A stretch of DNA of 64,000 bases from Candidatus Nomurabacteria bacterium (lineage in GTDB: Bacteria > Patescibacteriota > Minisyncoccia > Phycocordibacterales > UBA9973). Within the stretch, counting starts at the first letter, position 1, and each line of letters begins with the position of its first letter. Both the position numbers and the translations under genes were made by a program. Shown here one piece after another: positions 20,194-30,820 of this stretch. The notes below the pieces were generated by a model. It saw nothing but the letters and a program-made list of their open reading frames with translations. It was not told the DNA's origin and made no database searches. Location: assembly GCA_943348755.1 (NCBI GenBank), contig CALQYS010000001.1, forward strand, positions 69,963 to 133,962. The letters are read 5' to 3'.

Positions 20194-21128
20194 TATATTT
20201 TATATTTCTTTAAATTATTCTCTATTCTTTTTAAAGTATCTTCTCCTTCGTTGATTTGGAACTTTTCTCCCGTTATCTGTTCATATATTTTAATGTATCG
20301 ACGAGAGAGCTCGATCACCATATCGGTTGGAGCTTTGGGTAGTTTCTCGTCTTTATATGGATCACAATTTTCTTTAAACCATAAACGCAAGAATTCTTTA
20401 TCGAAATTTTCCGGTTCTAGACCTTTCTCTATCCTTTCTTTGTATGTATTTGCCTGCCAGTAGCGGGAAGAGTCTGGAGTGTGGATCTCATCTATCAGCA
20501 TGACTTTACCATCAGGCGTGAGTCCGAATTCATATTTGGTGTCTACTAGTATTAGTCCCCTTGTTAAGGCAATTTCCTGTCCACGAGCGAAAAGTTTCAA
20601 AGATATATCGCAGACCTGTTTCCAAATTTCTGGTTTCATCATTTTTTCTTCTAAAATGATTTTACTTGTCAGCGGGCGGTCATGAGCTTCAAACTTGGTA
20701 GTTGGAGTGATAATTGGCACATCGAGCTTTTGATTTTTCTTTATGCCCTCTTTAAGGGTCATATCTCCAAAAACTCTTTCCCCCTTTTGATACAAGGTCC
20801 AGATAGATGTGCCCGTCACTCCGGTGATATATCCACGCACAACCATCTCGACTGGCAGCACGGTGCATTTCTTGCCGACGACGACGTTCGGATCAGGGAA
20901 ATCAATGGCGTGATTTTGCACTATGTCTTTGGTATTTTCGAACCAGAATTTACTGATCTGAGTCAATACTTGGCCTTTGTATGGCACTAGGGCTAAATTT
21001 CTATCAAAAGCAGAATACCTGTCAGTTGAAATCATAATAACCTTATCTTTTTGATTGTAGACGTCGCGTACTTTACCGACATATTTTTCCCCTAAGTTTT
21101 TAAAATCTGTTTTTTCTAGAATGTTCAT
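20193..21128 (-). CDS. purC: SAICAR synthetase (long form)
   Basis: YVGKVRDVY N-terminal motif; 311 aa. Confidence 0.9.
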   Translation of the reverse strand: MNILEKTDFKNLGEKYVGKVRDVYNQKDKVIMISTDRYSAFDRNLALVPYKGQVLTQISKFWFENTKDIVQNHAIDFPDPNVVVGKKCTVLPVEMVVRGYITGVTGTSIWTLYQKGERVFGDMTLKEGIKKNQKLDVPIITPTTKFEAHDRPLTSKIILEEKMMKPEIWKQVCDISLKLFARGQEIALTRGLILVDTKYEFGLTPDGKVMLIDEIHTPDSSRYWQANTYKERIEKGLEPENFDKEFLRLWFKENCDPYKDEKLPKAPTDMVIELSRRYIKIYEQITGEKFQINEGEDTLKRIENNLKKYKI

Positions 21129-21164
21129 AACGCAGAGTAATTTGATTTTTCTTTTATAATCATA

Positions 21165-22208
21165 TTAATTAAACCAATTTAATACTTCTTTTAAAATGAC
21201 CTGCTTATTCCCTTTCACTACTCTACCTATTTCGTAGCTCTCCACACCGCACTTTTTCAGGTGGCTCTGTATTGTATCTACAAAATCTTTCTTCACCACT
21301 GCCGTCATGCCTACTCCCATATTAAATGTCCTCATCATATCATTATCTTCCAGATCCCCAAATTTTTTCAATACCTTAAAAATGTTCAAAATTTTGATTT
21401 TACCGATATCAATCTCCGCATTTAAATTCTCAGGCAAGATTCTATTCAAATTTTCTTTTATTCCGCCTCCTGTGATGTGTGCGAGTCCTACCAATCCGTC
21501 GTTTCCAAACAAATCCTTCAAGCAGTTGTAGTAGCCAAAATGTGGAGTGAGGATACTTTCTATAAAATTCTTGCCATCAACTTTTTCTTTTAAAATTTCT
21601 GGACTCTTCTCCATTATTTTCTGCACAAGGGAGAAGCCATTTGTATGTATGCCTCTTGAAGCTAGACCCAAGACCACATCTCCTTCTTGTATTTTAGAGC
21701 CGTCGATTATTTTTTTCTTTTCTACCACGCCTACGATGCTAGCGGTCAAAATGTAAGTTCCTATGGCAAGTACACTCGGCTGTTCCGAGGTCTCGCCTCC
21801 AGTCAATACGCAGTCATTTTCTTTACATGCTTTAGAAAAAGCGGAAACCATTTTTAGGATTATTTCTTTGTCTATTTTCCCGCAGACGATGCAGTCTTGG
21901 ACAGATAGGGGTTTGGCTCCCATGACTATTGCATCATTAACTAGGTGATTTATTAAATCAAAACAAATGGTGTCTATACTTCTATGTTTTAAGGCCAACT
22001 TTTGCTTTGAGCCGGGCTCTTCTGTCTTAAACACTAGCACCGGTTCTTGATATTCAGGAAAAGATCCGTCGAACAAAGTAGCAAAAGCGCCTGCTTTGTT
22101 CAGCACGCGCGCATTTCCACTATTATTTAAACTTTTAGCCATTTCATTTTTCGTCGCATTGGCTTTGTCTATATCAACTCCTGAAGTTTTATACGACAAT
22201 TTCGGCAT
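21165..22208 (-). CDS. purM: AIR synthetase
   Basis: LSYKTSGVDIDKANAT N-terminus; start set at MPKLSYK, 1 nt after the purE stop. Confidence 0.9.
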   Translation of the reverse strand: MPKLSYKTSGVDIDKANATKNEMAKSLNNSGNARVLNKAGAFATLFDGSFPEYQEPVLVFKTEEPGSKQKLALKHRSIDTICFDLINHLVNDAIVMGAKPLSVQDCIVCGKIDKEIILKMVSAFSKACKENDCVLTGGETSEQPSVLAIGTYILTASIVGVVEKKKIIDGSKIQEGDVVLGLASRGIHTNGFSLVQKIMEKSPEILKEKVDGKNFIESILTPHFGYYNCLKDLFGNDGLVGLAHITGGGIKENLNRILPENLNAEIDIGKIKILNIFKVLKKFGDLEDNDMMRTFNMGVGMTAVVKKDFVDTIQSHLKKCGVESYEIGRVVKGNKQVILKEVLNWFN

Positions 22209-22209
22209 T

Positions 22210-22731
22210 TTATTTATTCTGAAGATATTGCTTGTATCCAACTTTTGAAAGCTTCTCCCCCTTCGTCTCTATCTCTTTGCTCATCTTTTCTTTGTAAGCG
22301 ATCAATTTTCTCTCTAAATCTTTATCAGACAAGGCGAGCATCTGTACAGCCAAAATACCAGCGTTTTTACCTCCATTTATCCCAACGGTGGCGACAGGCA
22401 CCCCGGGAGGCATCCCCACTGTAGAGAGGAGTGAATCAAGTCCGTCTAGACTTTTGGTTTTTATTGGAATTCCTATTACAGGTAGAGTAGTGAGTGAAGA
22501 TACTACACCAGCCAAATGAGCTGCTCCCCCTGCACCCGCAATAATTATTTTTAATCCACGATCTTTTACATTAGTTACATATTTATGCACGATCTCGGGA
22601 GAGCGATGCGCCGAAGCGACTGTGATCTCATAAGACACTCCGAACTCTTCCAGCACTTTCGCTGCCTCAGACATCACTTCTAGATCTGAATCCGAACCCA
22701 TGAGTATGGAAACCTTTGTGTCTTTTTTCAT
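22210..22731 (-). CDS. purE: PurE (N5-CAIR mutase / AIR carboxylase family)
   Basis: VSILMGSDSDLEVM...ASAHRSPE conserved PurE motifs; 173 aa. Confidence 0.9.
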   Translation of the reverse strand: MKKDTKVSILMGSDSDLEVMSEAAKVLEEFGVSYEITVASAHRSPEIVHKYVTNVKDRGLKIIIAGAGGAAHLAGVVSSLTTLPVIGIPIKTKSLDGLDSLLSTVGMPPGVPVATVGINGGKNAGILAVQMLALSDKDLERKLIAYKEKMSKEIETKGEKLSKVGYKQYLQNK

Positions 22732-22777
22732 TTGCTCTATCTTATCATTTTTTTAATTTAAAACAACCTAAAAACTA

Positions 22778-22826
22778 GCTTAAAACGAAAAGGACCCTGC
22801 ATCGCGCGATGCGCGCAATGCAGGGT
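22778..22826 (-). terminator. Intrinsic terminator (GC-rich hairpin plus U-tract) after the high-GC ORF
   Basis: Hairpin CCCTGCATCGCGCG-at-GCGCGCAATGCAGGG (14-bp stem, one mismatch) followed on the minus strand by UCCUUUUCGUUUUAAG. Confidence 0.5.
22781..22794. repeat. Direct repeat copy 1: TAAAACGAAAAGGA (identical 14-mer at 23765-23778)
   Basis: Exact 14/14 identity between the U-tract regions of the two terminators flanking the high-GC block. Confidence 0.7.
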
Positions 22827-22897
22827 ATCCTTGGTCGATCAGACGATTTCTCGTCCGGCCCAGAATCTACGTCTGAGCTCGGTGATGTGAGGCAGGC

Positions 22898-23566
22898 TTA
22901 CGCCGCCTGCAATGTGCCCTCACCACGGCTGGCCGGCTGGGGTTCGGTGGGCGCGTAGCCTTGTTCGGCGGTGCCGGGATCACCAGCAGGTCCAGCGGGC
23001 AGCTGATCGGCGTCACCAGGTTTGGCGGTCACAGTGGTGTTCTCAGCGCCGAGTTCTTCGCGGAGCTGCGGCGTAGCGGCCGGCTTCAAGAAATGCCTCG
23101 CCGCCAGTTCGTGGAACTTCGTCGCATCAATGAGCGGGTTGATGGCCGCCGCGTGAGTGATGCCGGTCAAGTTGAGGCTAAATTCTGCCTCGATGCCTGC
23201 GATCGTGGGGGCGTCGAATTCATAGCCTCCCGCGAATGCGTTCCATTTTCCGCGCTCAGTCACGTCGTCGAGTAAGTTGCCTTCTTGGCCCCGGATCCAC
23301 GCCAGGAACTCCGGAAACGACGGCAGGTGGTCGAGCGAGGTGATCCACTGGTTCAGGGCTTCACGCTTCACGTTCAAGCCCCGGGTCTTGTCCTGGTAGC
23401 CCTCGAGGATGAGCAGGTCGAACCCGTCACCGCGGCCCCATTCGTCAACCGTGGCCTTGATCATCTCGATCAGGATCTTCTGCCACAGGCGCAGGAGGTG
23501 GGCCCAACCAGTGAACACATCGGCAAAGCCAGACGGATGCAGCGGGAGTAGTTGTAGTGTTTTCAT
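22898..23566 (-). CDS. Hypothetical protein encoded in a high-GC (about 62%) block, with a Pro/Ala/Gly-rich C-terminal tail
   Basis: 222-aa ORF, the longest in an abrupt GC jump. It has its own promoter and terminator. No family recognised. Low-complexity tail (PGDADQLPAGPAGDPGTAEQGYAPTEPQPASRGEG) is typical of high-GC taxa. Confidence 0.5.
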   Translation of the reverse strand: MKTLQLLPLHPSGFADVFTGWAHLLRLWQKILIEMIKATVDEWGRGDGFDLLILEGYQDKTRGLNVKREALNQWITSLDHLPSFPEFLAWIRGQEGNLLDDVTERGKWNAFAGGYEFDAPTIAGIEAEFSLNLTGITHAAAINPLIDATKFHELAARHFLKPAATPQLREELGAENTTVTAKPGDADQLPAGPAGDPGTAEQGYAPTEPQPASRGEGTLQAA

Positions 23567-23723
23567 GCGTTTGTTTTTGTTGTATGTTTCTGATGACCAT
23601 CACGCGAACCTAAGTGGGTCCGTTTGTTGTGTGACAGTCAGCCAAATTACGATGTATTTACATGCATAATCTCGCCGACTGCCACAAATTTCACATCAAT
23701 TTTAAAGAACAAATAACTACGTT

Positions 23724-23751
23724 ATATTACATTTTTTTGCTATTTTGTCAA
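23724..23751 (-). promoter_or_regulatory. Sigma70-like promoter TTGACA-16-TAATAT oriented toward the high-GC ORF
   Basis: Minus strand reads TTGACAaaatagcaaaaaaatgTAATAT; ORF start about 150 nt downstream. Confidence 0.4.
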
Positions 23752-23764
23752 TATTGGATGGGTC

Positions 23765-23778
23765 TAAAACGAAAAGGA
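23765..23778. repeat. Direct repeat copy 2: TAAAACGAAAAGGA
   Basis: Identical to 22781-22794. Confidence 0.7.
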
Positions 23779-23807
23779 GCCGGCATACGATTAGAACGTA
23801 GTCCGGC
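23765..23807 (-). terminator. Intrinsic terminator after the small-peptide micro-operon
   Basis: Hairpin GCCGGcaTACG-attagaa-CGTAgtCCGGC followed on the minus strand by UCCUUUUCGUUUUAG. Confidence 0.45.
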
Positions 23808-23852
23808 TTCTCCTTGAGAGTTAATTAGTAACCCCCACAACTGTTTCTCGGT

Positions 23853-24026
23853 TCACGCCGAGTACATGTTCAGGAACAAGACGAGAATGCCCGTTCCTAG
23901 ATACACCAAACCTAAACCCATCCCAGTCACGAGGACTGGGAAGAGGATGGGGTGTTTCCTCCACCACAGGCGAAGCGCATACAAATGCAGCGTCTCGTCG
24001 ACCATCAACATTAGTTCTTCTTTCAT
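23853..24026 (-). CDS. Small hydrophobic peptide 3 (57 aa)
   Basis: Hand-translated: MKEELMLMVDETLHLYALRLWWRKHPILFPVLVTGMGLGLVYLGTGILVLFLNMYSA. One TM. Below the 60-aa ORF-track cutoff. Confidence 0.35.
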   Translation of the reverse strand: MKEELMLMVDETLHLYALRLWWRKHPILFPVLVTGMGLGLVYLGTGILVLFLNMYSA

Positions 24027-24038
24027 AGCTTTCGTGGG

Positions 24039-24143
24039 TTAATTTTTAATCACCTCCAACAATGCCAGGAATACGATTCCGGCAAATGCCAGCCCCAAGA
24101 GTAAGGGGCACCAAAACCCATATCGACGGATTATTTTTTCCAT
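24039..24143 (-). CDS. Small hydrophobic peptide 2 (34 aa)
   Basis: MEKIIRRYGFWCPLLLGLAFAGIVFLALLEVIKN; one TM; 12 nt upstream of peptide 3. Confidence 0.3.
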   Translation of the reverse strand: MEKIIRRYGFWCPLLLGLAFAGIVFLALLEVIKN

Positions 24144-24164
24144 ATTCTCCTTTTGGTTGTTGAG

Positions 24165-24263
24165 TTACCAGTGATTCTTAAGCCACACCGTTCCTGCTAT
24201 CAAGAGAACAAGCAGGACGAGACCAATTGTATGAGGAAGTGCAAACTCCTTGAATTGTTTCAT
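24165..24263 (-). CDS. Small hydrophobic peptide 1 (32 aa)
   Basis: MKQFKEFALPHTIGLVLLVLLIAGTVWLKNHW; one TM; first gene after the promoter at 24385-24413. Confidence 0.3.
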   Translation of the reverse strand: MKQFKEFALPHTIGLVLLVLLIAGTVWLKNHW

Positions 24264-24384
24264 TGTGAGTGCATTGTTTTGTTTTTTTAGTTTAGCTACG
24301 GAATACAAATTACAAAAAAATAAGCTGTATTCCACAGCCAAACACAACGTGAACCAAATTTTTAAAGAACCATCTTACCCTTGT

Positions 24385-24413
24385 ATTATATACTTTTTTA
24401 AGCCAAAAGTCAA
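24385..24413 (-). promoter_or_regulatory. Consensus-like sigma70 promoter TTGACT-17-TATAAT driving the small-peptide micro-operon
   Basis: Minus strand reads TTGACTtttggcttaaaaaagtaTATAAT, starting 15 nt downstream of the purH stop. The roughly 115-nt leader contains an 8-bp stem-loop (24300-24333). Confidence 0.45.
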
Positions 24414-24427
24414 TAGAACCTTAAATC

Positions 24428-25975
24428 TTAATGCTTAAAATGTCTAAATCCAGTAGCCACCATCGCCATATTGTAGGTATTCGCCATATCTATGGATGCT
24501 TGGTCGTTCTTTGAGCCTCCGGGCTGGATGACAGCCGTGACGCCCATCTTGCCTGCTAGCTCTACGCAGTCTGGAAATGGAAAGAACGCCTCAGAGGAAA
24601 GCACTGAGCCGTTGAGCGAGAACCCAAACTTCCCTGCTTTATCTATAGCTTGCTTGAGCGCATCAATTCGAGAAGTCTGTCCACAACCCATGGCAAGCAG
24701 TGTGCCGTCTTTGACGAGGGCGACAGAGTTCGACTTTAAATGTTTTGTAGCAATGGCTGCGATGAGTAAATCCTTTTTCTCGGACTCTGTCGGCGCGCGC
24801 TTGGTCGTTACTTTCAGGTCTCCTTCAGTCTCTACATGAGTGTCTCTATCTTGAATAAGTAATCCATTAAAACAAGTACGGACTTGTCTGTTCGGGAACA
24901 TAGGATTCTTCCCCGCCTGCACCAGCTGTGCTGAAGGCATTGCGGGCAGGCATTTTAGAATCCTGCAATCCTTTTTCTCCATTAATATATCGAGAGCACC
25001 TTTTTCAAAGTCTGGAGCAATGATGACTTCGATAAAAAGCTTTTGCTTTTTAATTAGTTTTGCTATATCTTCGGTTATTGTCCTGTTCCCTGCCAATATT
25101 CCACCGAAAGCCGACAATGGGTCTGCATTATAAGCTGCCTTGTATGCTTCAAAAAGTTTGCCTTCGGGTCGCACCGCCAGACCGCATGCATTCATGTGCT
25201 TGATAATGACGAAAGCTGGATCTGTAAAATCACTTACTGCAAGTATTGCTGCTTCTGTGTCTATTAAATTATTAAAAGAAAGTTCTTTGCCATGAAGCTG
25301 GGTGAAGCTCTCAGCGAGACTGCCGACGAATTCTGCTTTTTGGTGCGGGTTCTCTCCGTAGCGGAGCTCGGTGCCTTGGAAGTATCCGCGGATAGCGCTG
25401 TCGTAATGGCTTGTCACTTCAAATGCGTTACCAGCAAACTTCTTGCGCTCTTCTAGGGTTGTCTCATTTCCCTTTTTTAAAATGTCAGCTAGTTCTGCGT
25501 ATTGATTCTTGGAAGGTATAACCACTACGTCATTGAAATTCTTCGCGGCCGCACGAATTAGAGATATTCCGCCGATGTCTATCTTCTCTATTATCTCCTC
25601 TTCTGTTCCGCCCTGATTGTTTCTTTTGGCCAGAGTTTCTTCAAATGGATATAGGTCCACTATCACGAGGTCTATGTCTTCGATCTTGTGTTTAGCCTTT
25701 TCTTTTTGATCGTCTGTATTGTCTCGGCGATTTAAAATCCCACCAAAGATTTGTGGTTGAAGCGTCTTTACCCTTCCACCAAAAAGCGCTGGATAGTTAG
25801 TAATGGATTCGACTTCAGTGACAGACACACCTAATTTACGAATAAATTCTGCCGTCCCACCAGTCGAAATGATTTTGACGTCCTGTTTAGCGAGGAGCTT
25901 TACTATCTCGTCCAGCCCGTCTTTATTAAAAACCGAAATCAGCGCTGAGTTAATCTTCTTTTTCATTGAGGGCAT
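24428..25975 (-). CDS. purH: Bifunctional AICAR transformylase / IMP cyclohydrolase
   Basis: N-terminal MGS-like IMPCH domain (ALISVFNKDGL...ISTGGTA) and C-terminal AICARFT domain; 515 aa. Confidence 0.95.
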   Translation of the reverse strand: MPSMKKKINSALISVFNKDGLDEIVKLLAKQDVKIISTGGTAEFIRKLGVSVTEVESITNYPALFGGRVKTLQPQIFGGILNRRDNTDDQKEKAKHKIEDIDLVIVDLYPFEETLAKRNNQGGTEEEIIEKIDIGGISLIRAAAKNFNDVVVIPSKNQYAELADILKKGNETTLEERKKFAGNAFEVTSHYDSAIRGYFQGTELRYGENPHQKAEFVGSLAESFTQLHGKELSFNNLIDTEAAILAVSDFTDPAFVIIKHMNACGLAVRPEGKLFEAYKAAYNADPLSAFGGILAGNRTITEDIAKLIKKQKLFIEVIIAPDFEKGALDILMEKKDCRILKCLPAMPSAQLVQAGKNPMFPNRQVRTCFNGLLIQDRDTHVETEGDLKVTTKRAPTESEKKDLLIAAIATKHLKSNSVALVKDGTLLAMGCGQTSRIDALKQAIDKAGKFGFSLNGSVLSSEAFFPFPDCVELAGKMGVTAVIQPGGSKNDQASIDMANTYNMAMVATGFRHFKH

Positions 25976-25993
25976 TTTAGCACAATAGTATCA

Positions 25994-27535
25994 TTACTCA
26001 AATTCTGTCGTAGCGGGGGGTTTGGGGGTCATGTCGAAGAAGACGCGGACGATGTCTTTATGCTTGGTGAGAGCACTAGTGATCTCGTTTATAACGGCTT
26101 CTGGGAAGTAATAGCCTTTTGCAGTCATGAAGTCTACAGTCTGCACAGCGCGGACGGCTAGAGAGTGTCCATAGACGCGTTCATCCCCTTTTACTCCGAC
26201 GGAGTTTACACCTAGGAGGGCGACGATGAGCTGGGAGATTTCTTTATTCAAATTATGTTTCTTTAAAATATCGGCGACAGTCTCATCTGCTTCTCGTACA
26301 AGCTCGATGTTTTCTTTGGATACAGGTGTACCCACAACTCGCAGGAATAGTCCGGGGCCTGGAAAAGGATTCCTTTCATACACAGCTGGTGGGAGTTTCA
26401 ATACACGAGCGAGTTCGCGAACTTCGTATTTAAATAGATTTCTAAAAGGATGTAGGTCTTCCACTTCCCATGAAAGGCCGACGTTGTGGTGTGTCTTGAT
26501 CATGGCTGATTCTCCTGCTTTACCGCTCTCGATGATGTCTGTGGCGAGCGTTCCCTGTACGATGTAACCCGCTTGATGTTTCGCTATTTGTTCTTCAAAT
26601 TTTTGTTTGTATACTTCACGGAATTTTGCGCGTTTTTCTTCTCCATCTATCGTCGTGCCAATATTTTTTATAAATTCTTTCGCCGCGTCTATGATTACCA
26701 GATTTTTACTAGCGTTTTTACCTAAGGCACTCGTAGTGTTTGCCTTTAATTCTTCTACTTCGCCGGCTCGTAGCCCACCAGTGTCGATGGCGACGCATAT
26801 AAGTCTCTCATTTAAGACTGGCGCGAGCACTGCTGCGAGTGTCGTTGAGTCTACTCCGCCGGAAACGCCTAAGATTAAATTCTTTTTGTCTTTGCTCATG
26901 ATGTCCAAGACTTCTTTTTGTATTTCATGAATCAGATTTATCGGATCCCAGTCTTTTACACAACCAGAAAGGTCGAGGAAATTCTGGAGTATCTTTTTAC
27001 CTTCTTTGGTGTCTACCACTTCTGGGTGAAATTGTATGCCGAGCACTCGATTGTTTTTATCAGTCATGGCAGCCACTCCGCCGGATGTAGCGATAGAGGT
27101 AAAACTCTTTGGGAGTTTAGTAACTGTATCTCCATGACTTGCCCAGACTTCTGTCTTTTCTTTGATGCCTTTAAAAAGTGGATGCCCGGTGTCCGGAGTC
27201 ACTGTGGCTGGTCCGTATTCGCGGTGCGCGAGTGGACGCTCGACAGTGCCGCCGAGCTTGTGTGCGAGAAGCTGCATGCCATAGCACACGCCGAGGACAA
27301 AATATTTTTGGCCGGTAGTGTCGAGAGATTTTGGTAGTTCAGGTGTACCTTCACTATGCACGCTCCAGTGGCTGCCGGAGAGGATGACTGATTTTAGAGT
27401 ATTTTTCTTGAGCCAATCATCAGCCTTTATCGGAGGGAGTATGAGGCTGCGTACTCCGAGCTCGCGCAGAGTCCGCCCGATGACCAGCGTATATTGCGAG
27501 CCGTAATCCACGATCAGTATTTGTATACTATTCAT
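25994..27535 (-). CDS. guaA: GMP synthase (glutamine-hydrolysing)
   Basis: Class I GATase N-domain (GVCYGMQ), ATP-PPase SGGVDS motif, C-terminal dimerisation domain. Confidence 0.95.
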   Translation of the reverse strand: MNSIQILIVDYGSQYTLVIGRTLRELGVRSLILPPIKADDWLKKNTLKSVILSGSHWSVHSEGTPELPKSLDTTGQKYFVLGVCYGMQLLAHKLGGTVERPLAHREYGPATVTPDTGHPLFKGIKEKTEVWASHGDTVTKLPKSFTSIATSGGVAAMTDKNNRVLGIQFHPEVVDTKEGKKILQNFLDLSGCVKDWDPINLIHEIQKEVLDIMSKDKKNLILGVSGGVDSTTLAAVLAPVLNERLICVAIDTGGLRAGEVEELKANTTSALGKNASKNLVIIDAAKEFIKNIGTTIDGEEKRAKFREVYKQKFEEQIAKHQAGYIVQGTLATDIIESGKAGESAMIKTHHNVGLSWEVEDLHPFRNLFKYEVRELARVLKLPPAVYERNPFPGPGLFLRVVGTPVSKENIELVREADETVADILKKHNLNKEISQLIVALLGVNSVGVKGDERVYGHSLAVRAVQTVDFMTAKGYYFPEAVINEITSALTKHKDIVRVFFDMTPKPPATTEFE

Positions 27536-29059
<1,524 letters not shown>

Positions 29060-29060
<1 letters not shown>

Positions 29061-30397
29061 TGAAAGCTAAGAATAAAGTTAAATCAGGCTTCATCGACGT
29101 AGTGGTGGGTCTGCAGTGGGGCGATGAGGGTAAAGGTAAAAATATAGATGAGCTTCTCTCTCACGGAGCTTATACTGGAGTCGCACGTTTTCATGGCGGA
29201 GCAAATGCCGGTCATACTATTAAATTAGGAGATAAAACTTTTGTGGGGCACATCGTGCCTTCTGGTTGTTTTCATAAGAATATTGAATTGTATATCGGTA
29301 ATGGTGTTGTAGTCGATGCAGTTTCGTTAATCAAAGAGAAAAACGAAATTAAAAATTTAGGTTTTGATATCACAAAACGTCTTTATGTTTCGAATCGCGC
29401 AAAGTTAGTTTCGCACCTTCATCCTTTTTTAGACCAGGCTGATGAATATCGCCGAAATAAATTGGGGACAAAAGTAGGCACCACTTCGAGAGGCATTGGC
29501 CCAGCTTATAGTGATGTCCGAGCCAGGAGGGCTCTTCTCGTTGGAGATGTGTTATCACCGGATTTTGCCGAAAAAGAAGTTACCCTTTCTGAATTTCATA
29601 TGAATCTTTTGAATATGTATCAGGATAAATATGGTTTTGAAATTAATTTGGGAAAAATAAAAGAAGCGAAAGAAAAATGGGACGATGCCATAAAAGAACT
29701 CCGAAAGTTACAAATTTGTGACTTATCCTTACTTATACAAAGTAGACTTTCTAAAGGGAAAAATATCCTAGCTGAAGGCGCGCAAGCAATTATGCTCGAC
29801 ATAGACTTTGGTGATTATCCAAACGTCACCAGCAGCAATACCCTGCCAGCCAATGTTTGCCTCGGCCTCGGCGTACCCCATACGATGCTACGAGACGTCT
29901 ACGGCGTTATTAAGGCATATACAACAAAAGTAGGAGGTGGAAACTTTCCATCCAGAATGAAAGATCAAACTCTAGAAAAAGCCTTTCAGGACGCAGGGCA
30001 TGAATTTGGAGCTACCACCGGCCGGCCTCGGATGTGCGGCTGGCTTGACCTTTTCGCCCTTCGCCATGCCATCGTTCTCTCTGGCGCAAATAAAATTTTT
30101 ATCAATAAAGCGGATATTTGCTTGAGCGATAAAATAAAAGTGGTTACTGGATATAAAAGTAAGGGAAAAATTGTAAAAGAATTTCCACTTTATCTAAGCG
30201 ACGTCGCAGATGTCATAACCGAAGAAATGCCGGGTTGGGGTGATGCTAATTACGGGATCAATAAAAAACAAAAAACTTCTAAAGAACTTTCTTCATATTT
30301 AAAATACATAAAAGGTAAACTTTCCGATCTAAACGTCAAAATAATCTCCGTCGGCACCGGCCCAGACCGAGACCATTTCTTCAATTGGGAGAAGTAG
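29060..30397 (+). CDS. purA: Adenylosuccinate synthetase
   Basis: GLQWGDEGKGK P-loop-like N-terminus; GATTGRPRMCGWLD motif; 1-nt overlap with the guaB stop. Confidence 0.95.
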
Positions 30398-30490
30398 ATC
30401 TAACTTGTAATTTATCTATAATATTGCATAATATTCTCAAACGAGGTCTTATACCTCAAAACAAACCGCAGTTCAGTAACGAAAACCTCT

Positions 30491-30820
30491 ATGAAAACGT
30501 TCTTTGTAAACCTTAATGCGTCGATTGACGTAAAAGCCGACAACTTCGTGGCAGGCTACCACAACCGTCCGATCATCCTTTTAGCAATGCTGCTTGTTGG
30601 AATAATGACCTTCCTTGGGGCCATTATGAACACGCTGTGTTTCTTTGGGATTATTCCGCCATTGCGGAATGACGAGTGGGCTGTATGGCATTACAGCTTT
30701 ACCACTCTCTCATTCCTTTGTCTGCCTTTGGTCGCTATGTGGTGGGTTCACATTTGCAGGAATGCTTCTTGGCATCTCTACCATTGCATGGATAAAACAC
30801 TTGGAGACTTTGTGGACTGA
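30491..30820 (+). CDS. Hypothetical small membrane protein in an orphan GC-elevated region
   Basis: 109-aa ORF with 2-3 hydrophobic helices, preceded by TTGTAA-16-CATAAT. Region GC is about 45-50% versus about 38% for flanking genes. No homology recognised. Confidence 0.3.
   Translation: MKTFFVNLNASIDVKADNFVAGYHNRPIILLAMLLVGIMTFLGAIMNTLCFFGIIPPLRNDEWAVWHYSFTTLSFLCLPLVAMWWVHICRNASWHLYHCMDKTLGDFVD

Noticed and set aside
22961-23669. Plus-strand ORFs (104, 88, 86 aa) inside the high-GC block
   Set aside because: High-GC DNA generates long spurious ORFs on the antisense strand. The minus-strand 222-aa ORF is longer and has a matching promoter and terminator.
22778-23807. Integron-like cassette array (attC-like hairpins)
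   Set aside because: The hairpins are short and followed by U-tracts like intrinsic terminators. Each cassette has its own promoter. No intI or attI was seen in the window.
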